Assembly (NCBI RefSeq): GCF_963921235.1
Contig: NC_086097.1
Location: 94,242,001-94,306,000, forward strand
DNA: 64,000 bases
Reading direction: 5' to 3'
Source: Mobula hypostoma
Taxonomy: Eukaryota
Below, piece by piece: positions 48,301 to 60,384 of this stretch. Position 1 is the stretch's first letter. Each line of letters opens with the position of its first letter. The notes beneath the pieces are model-generated. The model searched no databases, had not been told where the DNA came from, and saw only the letters and a list, made by a program, of their open reading frames with translations. Position numbers and translations under genes: made by a program.

Positions 48301-49690
48301 CTGGTCACTTCACTTCAGGAAGGATGTGAAAATCATAGAAAGGGTGCAGAGGAGATTTACAAGGATGTTGCCTGGATTTGGGAGCATGCCTTAAGAGAAT
48401 AGGATGAGTGAACTCGGCCTTTTTTCCTTAGAAAACGGAGGATGAGAGGTGACCTGATAGAGGTGTATAAGATGATGAGAGGCATTGATCATGTGGATAG
48501 TCAGAGGCTTTTCTCCAGGGCTGAAATGGCTAGCACGAGAAGGCACAGTTTTAAGGTGCTTGGAAGTACCAAGAGAAGATGTCAGTGGTAAGTTTTTTTT
48601 TTACACAGAGTGGTGAGTGCGTGGAATGGGCTGCCGGTGACGGTGGTAGAGGCGGTTATGATAGGGTCTTTTAAGAGGTTCCTGGACAGGTATATGGAGC
48701 TCAGAAAAATAGAGGGCTATGGGTAACCATTGGTAATTTCTAAGATAAGGACATGTCTGGCACAGCTTTGTGGGCTGAAGAGCCTGTATTGTGCTGTAGG
48801 TTTTCTGTGTTTCTATAATGGGTAGGGTAGACAAAGGAAAGTCAGTGGATGTTGTGTATTTGGATTTTCAGAAGGCCTTTGACAAGGTACCACACATGAG
48901 GCTAAGATACTAGCATGGATAGAAGATTGGCTGTCTGGCAGGAGGCAGAGTGGGAATAAAGGGGCCCCAGAGGAGGTTCATGAGAATGATCCCAGGAATG
49001 AGGACGAAATCTTTTTGAAATCTATTGGATATTGAAAGACCGATATAAAGTGGATGTGGAGAGGGTGTTTTCTATAATGGGAGAGTCTAGTCCAGAGGAT
49101 GGTGAATCTGTGGAATTCATTGCCAATGATAGCTGTGCAGGCCACGTGATTGTGTATATTTAAGGTGGGGGTTGATAGGTGCCTGATTAATCAGGGTGTC
49201 AAAGGTTATGGGGAGAAGGCAGAAGAATGGGGTTGAGAGGGATAATATATCAGCCATGATGGAATGGCCTAATTTTGCTTGTATGTCTTATGGTCTCATC
49301 ATAGTAAGGACGTAGAAGCTTTAGAAAGGGTGCAGATGATATGAGAATGTGCCTTATGAGGAAAGATTGAGCGAGCTAGGGCTTTTATCTTCAGAGTGAC
49401 AGAGGATGAGAAGTATCTTGATAGAGGTCTATGAGATGACGAGAGGCATTGACAGAGGGGAACACCATGCCTTTTCTCTGGGATGGCAATAGCCAGTACC
49501 AGCAGACATCTGTTTAAGGAGAGTGGGGAGACAGCAGAGGTTTTTTTTCTACACAGAGTGGTAGATGCCTGGAATACACTGGCAGGGGTGTTAGTAGAAA
49601 AAAGTACAAGGAAACAGTTGGATTTATGGTGGAGTATGTTTTGAAAGGTCAGTGCACCATGGTGGGCTGATTAGTTCCATGTTCTATTAA
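42330..49690 (+). mobile_element. Nested cluster of several CR1-type LINEs and one SINE
   Basis: ORF1 remnants (zinc-finger-like start, esterase-like RAVVI...CCLPGARV) at 42560-43400 and again at 46255-46520. Several ORF2 segments (IFINDLDEEVEGWVSKFADDTK) and 3' tails at about 44465, 48815, 49280 and 49690. SINE split at about 43880-43935 and 44470-44680. Confidence 0.85.
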
Positions 49691-50720
49691 GATTCTTCAG
49701 TCAATTACCACCTGCATATTATGGCATCTTTTAAGAGGATCTCCAGTTTTCTTGGGGAAACCTCTAAGGGCATATTTGCAGTCAAAACCAGCTGCATGCA
49801 GCTCATGCCTGAGATACCATCTGCTCCTCGACAATCACTTGGCTTTTAAGCACAGGATAAGTACATCCTCTGCATTCTCCCTGCAGAGAATGGAGGGATA
49901 TGGCCTGCGGCCTGGCAGAAGGGATTAGATATCATTAATTTAATTATTTCAGCACAACATAGTGGGCCAAAGGGCCTGTTCTTGTGTTATATAGTTCTAA
50001 GTTCTTTTGAACAGTCAGATCTACAGCAACGTTAACTGGCTCAGAAAATGTAAAGTACTGCTTGGTAACTGCAGAGCACATGAACTTTGAACAGTGATGC
50101 AAGCATTCACTGCAGATGCTAATAATACTGAAGAATGCTTTTGGCATTACTTTATTTTGTCTACCAGTCATGGAGGGAAAGGAGTATGAGAATATTCCAG
50201 TACAATCCTCTTTCACATTATGAATGTCAAACTATAGACAACTCAAGTTAAAGTGAAAAAAACCTTCACTGTTCACTTCAACAGCTGGAATAAATAAAAG
50301 CTACAGTACATCAGGTATAACCACTCAGAGATGGGTCTTGCCCCATTAGGATCAAGTATTCAATTTATAGCACAAAGTGTGTAGTGTTTATAACCAGGGC
50401 GAAGGGACACACTGTGTGTTGTGAGAATTCTGTTTAATCACCAGATCCCATTATCAGCCTTCTCTGCTGAATAGTCAGACTTGACTGTGTGTGCAAGTTT
50501 GAAGTGGTTGAGGAGTGACGCAAATTGACTATGGCTGCAGTGCAGGATTTTACTTGTCAGATCCAACACTAGACAGGGGAACAGCGGGAAAAAAAAGGTT
50601 ATTGGAACAGCTAGTGGCTACTCAAATGGCTAGCAGTGGTCCAGTACAAGGTACTGACAACTCAACCACATGCATTTGTGGACAGGTGTATTTAAAGCAG
50701 AGGTTGATAGGTTCTTGATT

Positions 50721-51268
50721 AGAAACATAGAAACATAGAAAATAGGTGCAGGAGTAACCATTCGGCCCTTCGAGCCTGCACCGCCATTTATTATGATCAT
50801 GGCTGATCATCCAACTCAGAACCCAGCCTTCCCTCCATACCCCCTGACCCCTGTAGCCACAAGGGCCATATCTAACTTCCTTTTAAACATAGCTAATGAA
50901 CTGGCCTCAACAGTTTGCTGTGGCAGAGAATTCCACAGATTCACCACTCTCTGTGTGAAGAAGTTTTTCCTAACCTCGGTCCTAAAAGGCTTCCCCTCTA
51001 TCCTCAAACTGTGACCCCTCGTTCTAGACCTCCCCAACATCGGGAACAATCTTCCCGCATCTAGCCTGTCCAATCCCTTTAGGATCTTATACGTTTCAAT
51101 CAGATCCCCCCTCAATCTTCTAAATTCCAACGAGTACAAGCCCAGTTCATCCAGTCTTTCTTCATATGAAAGACCTGCCATCCCAGGAATCAATCTGGTG
51201 AACCTTCTTTGTACTCCCTCTATGGCAAAGATGTCTTTCCTCAGATTAGGGGACCAAAACTGCACACA
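50721..51268 (-). mobile_element. Young 5'-truncated CR1-type LINE
   Basis: Uninterrupted 149-aa ORF2 C-terminus (QFWSPNLRKDIFAIEGVQRRFTRLIPGM...FFTQRVVNLWNSLP) and a (TTTCTATG)n tail. Inserted in an older + strand CR1 tail. Confidence 0.9.
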
Positions 51269-52594
51269 AGTAAGGGTATCAAAGGTTACAGGGAGAAGGC
51301 AGGAGAAAGGGGTAATAAATCAGCTATGATGGGAGGGCAGAGCAGACTCTATGGGCCCAATGGCTTAATTCTGCTCCTATGTCTTATGCTGAACAGCAGG
51401 AGACAACTTGGTAAGATCGGCTACAGTACACAAAGTGAGCCAAAACCATCAATTGCAACATACACCAGGTGGACTTTCACCTGCTGTAGTGTAGCAAATG
51501 GTTGCTGATTTCATCCATGTTAATAGTAATTTCCAAATCATCTGAATTTCTTCTGATTTTCTTTATATTTTAACAGCAAGTCCTCCTAAACCCAATTCAT
51601 CCCCAAAGATCAAAAGCTTTGGGTTGGAACATCGTTGACGATCTTTGGGAAATGGGAGAGGGTTTGGGTGATTATCCTGGTATCTTTTATATCATACTCA
51701 CATAAATGTAGTTGTAGTTGGCTCCCAACAGATAAACACACATTTAGGAGAGTCTAATTGACCAGTAAATTGCCAAATTCTTTCAGCAGTTTGTGTTTTT
51801 AATCCAGATCTCAGCACTTATAGTCCCTAGTCTCTCCAGGTAAAGTTATTAATGTCCCTATTTGGCATTACATGTGTTGGCAGCTCTGTATTCAGGCTTT
51901 GAAGAGGGCAGAAAAGCAATGCCCAAATTTAAACCTATTGCTTTGAAATTGCTCATCTCCCTATTCACACAAGGATATTACTCATTCTGTTCAGAACAAA
52001 CTAAAAATATTACTGATGCTAGTTTTAAACCTGCTCCACAATGAGGCAGGTCAGGTCAGAATGGTGAATTCTTTACAGAGTGGGGCAGGGCTGTTGGGAC
52101 ATTCCAACTCAACGAGATCATAAAGACCAAATGTCCCTTTACCAGACAGCAGCTTTACTGGTCTTGCTGTGACATTTACACCACCTGTCCACCCTTTGCC
52201 CCGACCCCCTCCTCCACAATTCCCTCCTGCCTTCCATCACAGACCATCTCCAAGGTCTTGTACAAGACCACAAGCACCTCCCAGCTACCAGCAACCCCCA
52301 CAGCACTTTCACCTGGCTTGGTAATATTCAAAATATGGGGCATTTCTCAGTTCAGATTACAGATCATTGGTCTGAAATGTTAACTGCCCTCTCAGTGTGT
52401 ACTGCCTTATTTGCTGAGGATTTTCACTAACAATGTATTTCACTCAACTTTAGTCTCACTTGGAGTATAGGAAAATAGTCTGAAATGTCTCAGTACAGCC
52501 ACTTCTGGAGTACTGCATACAGTTCTGGTCGCCCCTCTGGCGGAAGGATGTTGAGGCTTTGGAGAGGGTGCAGAAGAAGTTTACCAAGATACTG

Positions 52595-52817
52595 GCAACA
52601 TACATCAAAGTTGCTGGTGAACGCAGCAGGCCAAGCAGCATCTGTAGGAAGAGGTGCAGTCGACGTTTCAGGCCGAGACCCTTCGTCAGGACTGACGAAG
52701 GGTCTCGGCCTGAAACGTCGACTGCACCTCTTCCTACAGATGCTGCTTGGCCTGCTGCGTTCACCAGCAACTTTGATGTATGTTGCTTGAATTTCCAGCA
52801 TCTGCAGAATTCCTGTT
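52595..52817. mobile_element. Penelope-derived palindromic insertion (95-bp perfect inverted repeats, 2-nt spacer)
   Basis: Arms 52595-52689 and 52692-52786 are exact reverse complements. 16-bp TSD GTTTACCAAGATACTG at 52579-52594 and 52818-52833. Confidence 0.95.
52657..52694 (-). ncRNA. Minimal type I hammerhead ribozyme, canonical core
   Basis: - strand CAGTC-CTGACGA-AGG-GTCTCGG-CCT-GAAA-C-GTC-GACTG. Confidence 0.8.
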
Positions 52818-53444
52818 GTTTACCAAGATACTGTCTGGTTTAGAGGGCATGTGTTATCACTGGAGGCTGGATAAACTTAGGCTGTTTTCTCTGGAGCACT
52901 GGAGGCTGAGGGGAGATCTGATAGAGGTTTGTAAGATTATGAGAGACATAAATAGAGTGGACAGGGAGTATCCGTTTCCCAGGATTGAAGTGTCTAATAC
53001 CAGAGGGCATGCATTGAAGGTGAGAGGGGGTGGGTTTAAGACAGATATGAGGGCTAAGTTTTATACTCAGAGTGGTAGATACCAGGATGGCAGTAGAGGC
53101 AAATACATCAGAGGCTTTTAAGAAATGTTTGGATAGGCACATGGATGTGGGGAAGATGGAGGGGTATGGATATGGGGTAGGTAGGAGGGATTAGTATTTG
53201 TGTATTTTTGATTTGCTTTTTACCTGATTCAGCACAACATTGTGGGTCGATTGGTCTGTTCCTATGCGGTACCCTTCTATGTTCTGAATTATTACAATGC
53301 TGGCCAAATTGTTACTTCAGCGGCAAGAACTTGACTCAGATACATAGGGAAGTTATGGGAAGCAAGAAGATACATTGGTGTATTGGCAAATGCTGATGGT
53401 AGAAAGAGTATTGTGTCCTGAGAATGGACCCAAGGTGACTGTAA

Positions 53445-54072
53445 AGGCTGATTTATACTTGTGTGTCAAAGGTACGCCGTAAGTACGGTGTAGCACTGTA
53501 CCCTACACTGTACTCTACACCAACCCTACACCGTAGCCTGACGTGCATCTCTCCCAAAATGTAACTACGCGTTGTGGCGTCGCAGACCGCAACAACTGCG
53601 ATTGGTCTGCTTGGTAGCATCGCATTTCCTCCTACGCTGCAATAGCTTCCCATTGGGTTACTGAAGGGCAGGGAAGGAAATCTGGCTGCAATGCTTTCCA
53701 TAAAGCTTTACAGACCTCCGAAATTATGGAGGACCCTGTGCTTGACACTAGTTTGTAGCTAGCAGCTACAGCCTGTTGACTTCTACCTGAAGCTAAAACT
53801 TGAATGGTGATTGCCAGTCTCTGAGTATACTGTGCGTACACTGATGTGAAATAAATGGTTGGAGACGATGAACCAAATTGTCAAATCTACCTGCCGATAT
53901 CCGAAAATATTTGAAATGCATTTCCTCGTCTATGTCTCTCAGTGGCCAGACAAGCACAGAAAATACACCCTCCTTCAGTTTCAGTTGCCATTATTTGAAG
54001 TTTGAGTTTCTTCGTGTAGCCCACTTGTGTAGGCGATGGCGCAAGCTGGTACGCACAAGTATAAATCAGCCT
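53445..54072 (-). mobile_element. Non-autonomous PIF/Harbinger DNA transposon (internal deletion derivative)
   Basis: TIR AGGCTGATTTATACTTGTG, perfect over 19 bp, flanked by TAA / TTA. Internal - strand transposase remnant HFKYFRIS...[25 protein letters not shown]...[13 protein letters not shown]. Confidence 0.88.
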
Positions 54073-54812
54073 TTAGGCTGGTTGGAGGGGGTGGGTGTAA
54101 GACGATTTTCTAAGGTGCCCGTCTTTACTGGTTGTTGGAAGCATCTGGCTGACTGCATGTACCCATGTTCTTTACTGGGAGTCAATGACAGGTTAGTATT
54201 TTTCCCTACTTTACAAAGGCCTTGTTTTGGGACTGCCTGATGGTGTGAAAGGCAGTGAACTTGGAAAATTTTCTTTCTTGGCATTTTACACAGCCCTCAG
54301 ACCACTATTTTCTAATGATATGCAACTCTGTAGCGTCAATGCAGAAATACAACTAAATCACTGATGAAACTTAAGAATATTCGTCCAAACAGGACCTTTG
54401 ACATCAGGATGCCTCAGCGCACTTTACAGCCAAAACACTTTTGAAGTGAGAAGTGCAGTGACTAGGTTTAAGAAGAAACTCAGCAGTCAACTTGTGTACA
54501 ATGAAATTGCACAAACGACACTGTGATAAATGTCACTTAGAGATGCTGGGTCAGGATATTGACTAGTTCCACATTCATCTAAGAGTGAAGATTAACTTCT
54601 CACCTCTGAGAATGCAGCACTGCTTTTGTACTACACAGGAGAGTGACTCAAAATGCAAGATGTTAACAGTGTTAAAGAATGAGTCATGGTTACTAAGATA
54701 GCAACTCAGAAGTCAGAATTTAAAACTGCATCAGAGTAGTAAGATGTGAGAGCTGGGTCTGGTAATGAACGCTGTTCACTTGTACAGAGAAGAAATGGTT
54801 CAGTAATGGTGT

Positions 54813-54818
54813 TTTATT
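54813..54818 (-). terminator. Candidate PLEKHH1 polyadenylation signal
   Basis: AATAAA on the - strand about 1.5 kb past the stop, at the end of a repeat-poor stretch consistent with a 3' UTR. Confidence 0.45.
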
Positions 54819-56348
54819 AAGGACACTTGGCTCTCACTGTCCTTGAGGTAGTCACTCATATTATAAACAAACATCCTCCACAAGGGGGCATACCTCGCTC
54901 CCACTTTCTGAAGGCAAGGGTTAGGTGTGTGGTGCAGCTGTGCAAACGTGAAGAACCAGAATGTCTCTATAAACATCTCCCTTGCACTTGCATCAAGGGA
55001 CAATGACTGTCTGTGAACCAGTGGGTGCTTTGGGTGGGCAGGAAGGATGAACACTTGGAAGAAACAAAAGATCAGTCCAGTACCAGCCTCTTCCAGTTGG
55101 CAGTTGAATCAAGTGCACTGGAAAGGTGAAGCTTCAACTATAGTCATGATTTGTTTTGATAAACAATCCCTCCACAGTAATCTCACACAACTTCACTCAG
55201 CCACAAACATATCCACCTGCTTTACACTGTGTTCAGATAACTCACTGCTGGGCATTAGCAGCTGCTGTGTTCAGTGGTGACTTTGTCCCCCGCCCCCCCA
55301 GTGACAACGAGGACAAAATTGGGTCACTTAAAGCATTTCACAGTCCCTCCCAGAAACCCCTTCCAGTTATTAAATCGAATGGAGACATTGACTGAAGGAC
55401 TGGGTTGTTGATTACCCGCGGCTGGGCTGTGCAATGATGCTCGTGCTGTGCTGTTGGCACCCTCCTCACTTAGAGGGTCACTCCAGTGTCCTTTGTACCT
55501 CAGTGGCACACGTTCAAGAGGTATGTGCTCATTGTATCAGGCACTGCTGTGGGGGCGAGGGGCTTTGATGAGGGATCTGTTGGTTATTCCAGAGACCTTA
55601 CAAGGCAGCCTCTTCAGCAACGGCCTGAAATACCATGAGCTGCTGAACAGTCACTCTCTCCATGATTAGGAAGCAACCTATGGCATTGCCATCAATCCCA
55701 ATAGAAAAGGCTGAAGGGGAGGGGACGCTGAGCAGCTTCGCAGGTCTTGGGACCACTTTCAAGGACCATGCTGGTGCTTTGTTCATGCTACTGGGTTTCC
55801 TGGCGCAGCAGGGCCTTTTATCATACACAGGTATCCAGTTCCCGCTGGAACTTTCATAGTCTCTGACTCAGAAATAATTTAGCAGCAACATAATGTGCAT
55901 TGTACCCTTGCCCTTGGCATTCCAACCCATCTTAATTGGGGGATCTTTGGATGGGGTTTGGAATAAATGTAAGGGGTCAGAATGAGCCCTTGAGAAAGGT
56001 TCTTCCTGATAGAAAGCACCCTTCCCAAAAGGGGGGCACCTCCCCCCATGGACAGTCTCCATCTAAACAGCCACAAACATTCCAGTTTGTTGCATGTGGA
56101 CCAGCCTCAGCATTAATGTCCCCAAGGAGCCCAAAACTTGACACCAGTATGAACCCAACCGCTAACAACGGGCCGTGAGGTGGTATGTGAATCGTCAGTA
56201 GATAAACAAAGTCTAAGCACTAATCGAGCACATAAATACACACAACTGCAATAAAGTTCAGACACAAGTGTCAACTGTGCACCATTTGAATTGTCCAACT
56301 GGTTTGTCCTCTGACAGCTCCACGCCATTCAGCACCGGCAAAAGGGTC

Positions 56349-56522
56349 TCAGAGCAGGGTGGGACCTTGCGTAGTCCGTGTCATGCTCGGGAAGTGTTTG
56401 CTGTCTATCTCCCACAGTTTCTTGCTGGAGAGGGTTGTGGGTGGCGAGCTGGACGAGATGGCCAGCGGATGACAGCTGCTGTGGTTGATGTAGCTGGCCA
56501 GGATCAGCGTCAACTCCAGGAT
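56349..56522 (-). CDS. PLEKHH1: PLEKHH1 terminal coding exon, 57 codons plus stop
   Basis: ILELTLILASYINHSSCHPLAISSSSPPTTLSSKKLWEIDSKHFPSMTRTTQGPTLL* (read manually). Matches the PLEKHH1-type C-terminus (ASY.NH...LWE.D...GPTLL). Acceptor TTTGCAG. Confidence 0.88.
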   Translation of the reverse strand: MLELTLILASYINHSSCHPLAISSSSPPTTLSSKKLWEIDSKHFPSMTRTTQGPTLL

Positions 56523-56879
56523 CTGCAAACATATTCAGAAGGTGAAAGTTAATAAAGAGCTTCTTGTGAAATGAGACTTTAATTTCCTACCTGTCATGTT
56601 GGTGTCTCTTGAGTGATTGCCAACGTATGATGGCAATGCCATATTAATTTAATCCGGGTAACTACCAGGCCAATTCCACATCCCCATCTTTGCTCCTCGC
56701 CCCTTGACAGACATCACACAAAACTATTACATTTCAATCATTCTAGTAATTATAATTTGCACCCTGTGTGAGCATAAAATGTTTTTTTTCAGCTTTTGTG
56801 CAGTACAGCCCACTTCTAATTTTGACATTCAGCCTCTTTTTAAGCAATTTCCCTGTACAAGATAATTCCTTTACATGGT

Positions 56880-58550
56880 CCTCTGGTAGATCAGGATGCT
56901 AATCTATACATGGAGACAAAAAAGATGGGGGAGATCTTAAATGCATTTTTTGTATCTGTATTTACTCAGGAGACAGGGTCTGTAGAAGTGAAGTAAAACA
57001 GCAGTGAGGTCATGGACCCTATACAGACTACAGAGGAGGAGGTGTTTGCTGTCTTGAGGCAAATTAGGGTGGTTAAATCCCCAGGACCAGACGAGGTATT
57101 CCTTTGGACCCTGTGGGAGGCAAGTGCAGAAATTGCAGGGGCCCTAGCAGAAAAATTTAAATTATTGTTAGTGAGAGGTGAGGTACTGGAGGATTGGAGG
57201 ATAGCTAATATTGTTCCACTGTTTAATAAAGGCTCTAAAAATAAACCAGGAAATTATAGGCTGGTAAGCTCGACATCAGGAGTGGTAAAATTACTGGAAG
57301 GTACTCTAAGGGATCGGATATATGAGTATTTGGATAGACATGGACTGTTTAAGAATAGTCAGCATGGCTTCGTGTGTGGTAGGTTGCATTGAGTTTTTTT
57401 GAGGAAGTTACCAGGAAAGTTGATGAAGGCAAGGCAGTGGATGTTGTCTCTATGGACTTTGGCAAGGTATCTGACAAGGTCCGCATAGGAAGCTGGTCAA
57501 GGAGGTTCAGTCTCTCGGCATTAAGAATGAGGTAGAGAATTGGATTAGACAGTGGCTTCGTGGGAGAAACCAGAGAGTGGTAGTAGAGGGTTGTCTCTCT
57601 GACTAGGCCTGTGACTAGTGGAGTGCAGGTTCCATTACTGTTTTTCATCAGTATCAATGATCTGGATGATAATGTGGTAAACTGGATCAGCAAATTTGTG
57701 AATGACACCAAGACTGGGGGTGTAGCAGACAGTGAGCTAGACTATCAGAGTTTGCAGCGGAATCTGGATTAGGAAAATGGGCTGAAAAGTGGCAGATGGA
57801 ATTTAATACAGACAAGTGCGAAGTGTTGCACTTTGGTAGGACCAACCAGAGTAGATCTTACACAGTGAATGGTAAGGTACTGAGGAGTGTGGTAGAACAA
57901 AGGGATCTGGGAATAGAGGTACATAATTCATTGAAACTAGCATGACAAGTGGATAGGGTCTTAAGAAAGTTTATGGCACTTTGGCCTTCATAAAACAAAT
58001 TACTGAGTACAGGAGATGGGATGTTATGTTGAGGTTGTATAAGATGTAGGTGAGTCCTAATTTGGAGTATTGTGTGCAGTTTTGGTCCCCTACCTACAGG
58101 AAAGATGTAAATAAAATTGAAAGAGTACAGGGAAAATTTACAAGGATGTTGCTGGGACTGGAGGATCTGAGTTATAAGAAAAGATTGAAGAGGTTAGGAC
58201 TTTATTCCTTGAAATGTAGAAGACTGAGGGAGACTTGATAGAGGTATACAAAATTATGAGGGTATTGACAGGGTAAATGCAAGCAGGCTTTTTCCGCTGA
58301 GGTTGGGTGGGACTATAAGAGGTCATGGGTTAAGGGTGAAAGGTGAAACATTTAAGGGGAACATGCTGCCAGCACAAGTGGTGCATGCAAGCTCGATTTC
58401 AACGTTTAAGAGAAGTTTGGTTTGGTACATGGATGGTAGGGGTATGGAGGGCTATGGTCTGGGTGCAGATCTTTGGGACTAGGCTGTTTAAATGGTTCAG
58501 CACAGACTAGATGGGCCAAAGGGCCTGTTTCTGTGGTACTTTTCTATGAT
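56880..58550 (+). mobile_element. CR1-type LINE ORF2 3' half
   Basis: KSPGPD, EDWRIANIVPLFNKG...PGNYRLVS, QHGF and EYCVQFWSP motifs, then the 3' tail. Confidence 0.9.
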
Positions 58551-59494
58551 TATGAAATTCTTCAGACATTGTTCATGCTAACGAATAAAACTCAAAGTTA
58601 TCAGATTAAAAGTGGTATCTTTTTCCCATGGTCAAAATGCCTTATTCTAGAGGTGAGAGGGGTCAAGTGCAAAGGAGATGTGTGAGCATGGTTTTATTTT
58701 AATCACACAGAGTGGTGGGTAATGGATTTACGGAACATGGAACGTAAAACAGTATAGTGCAGGAACAGGCCATTAGATCTTGCTGCACAATTGACCACTG
58801 TTAACCTGTGCCATCTCTAACCCATTTGCTGATGTGGAGTTGAGAAGAAAATATCTCATTAAACAACATTGGCCAGGTTTATGTCTGAGTAAATTAGGCA
58901 CAGGAAGTAGTCAGTAACTAAAACATACTTGGGCTGAATTCTCCCACTCTGTCCTCTCCATCGGTTTGGAAACAGGAATAATAACTTCACAGCACTTGTT
59001 CCCCACCCTCTGGAGCTTGGGATCCCCGGCCTTACTCTGCAAGGACAACAATTGAGGAAAGGGAAGGAGTGGCCTAGAGTTGCCAAGATACTTGCAGACA
59101 ATCATGCTCAAAAATACTAGCCTAGATCTCCCCACTTATCACAATGACAGAGACGCAGTTTACTGAAATGCTTTCAGCATTGCAATTGGGAAACTTTAAC
59201 CATTATGCTTAACTGACTGACAACAGCAGAGTTTACCTGGCCAAACTAAAACTAGGATTAATTCCAAACAGGTCGAAAGGCTGCATGAATTCCAGTTCTG
59301 AGGCTGTCTGGTCTAAGGGGGGCCCAGGGGCTGTCTGTTCTAAGGGGGGCCCAGGGGCTGTCCAGCCTAACGGGTGACTCACATGCTGGGTTGTTAAGAT
59401 GCCCACCATTAGGGAGGTAAAGGGAACCTATAACAGTGTTTGTAATTAGTGATCAACACCTTTCTGAAAATTGTAATGTAACAGGTTTCAGATA

Positions 59495-59880
59495 GAATCA
59501 GAATTAGAATATTATTACCGTCTTATATGATGTGAACTTTGTTGTCTTCTGGCAGCAATAGATTTGCAAATTGACGAAATGACTATAAATTACAAAAAGC
59601 ACTGAAAAAAGCAATAATGAAGTGTTCATGGACCATTCAGAAATTTGATGGCAGAGGGGAAGAAGTTGTTTCTGAATCACTGAGTGTAGGTTTCAGGCTC
59701 CTGTACCTCCTCCATCTCCCCCTTCATAGTAGTGGTGAAAAGAGGGCACCTCCTGGATGGTGAGGGTCCTTAATGATGGACACTGCCTTTATGAGGCACC
59801 ATCGCTGGTGCCCACTGATGGTGCCCATCGCTGGGGAGGGTTATGCCCATGATGGAGCTGGCTGAGTCTATAATCTCTGG
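59495..59880 (-). mobile_element. Rex1/Babar-type LINE 3' fragment
   Basis: Same sequence family as 24850-25400. Confidence 0.65.
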
Positions 59881-60071
59881 AGCTAGCCAATGGTGTGATT
59901 AGTTTGGATTGGGATCTTGGTCGGCTATTCCTAAGTGCCTTTGGAAAGGTGGTGAAGAACTAGGTTCTTGAACTGCTGCTCTGATGGGGGAGTACCAGCA
60001 CAAAGTATTGCAAAGCTGTGCAAAAGGCCAGCACAGGGCACAATGGGCTGAATATCTCCTGTGCCAATCTA

Positions 60072-60293
<222 letters not shown>

Positions 60294-60384
60294 TCAGAAA
60301 TGACAAAACTCCTGCATACCAGTTATTCCTTGGCAATAAGTATTTAAAGTCACCCTCTTAACAATACATAGCCTCCCAATTCAT

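Larger units (their letters stand above)
52455..53285 (+). mobile_element. CR1 3' fragment, host of the palindromic insertion
   Basis: EYCIQFWSP...LERVQKKFTKIL resumes after the insert as FTKILSGLEG...RLRGDLIEVCKIM. Confidence 0.85.

Noticed and set aside
52456..52843. Mirror-image ORFs on both strands
   Set aside because: A direct consequence of the palindrome; not coding.
54850..56340. Cluster of short ORFs on both strands
   Set aside because: Best explained as the PLEKHH1 3' UTR; no homology recognised.
59302..59370. Short GC-rich tandem duplication (about 28 bp, 2.5 copies)
   Set aside because: A simple intronic slippage repeat with no further structure.
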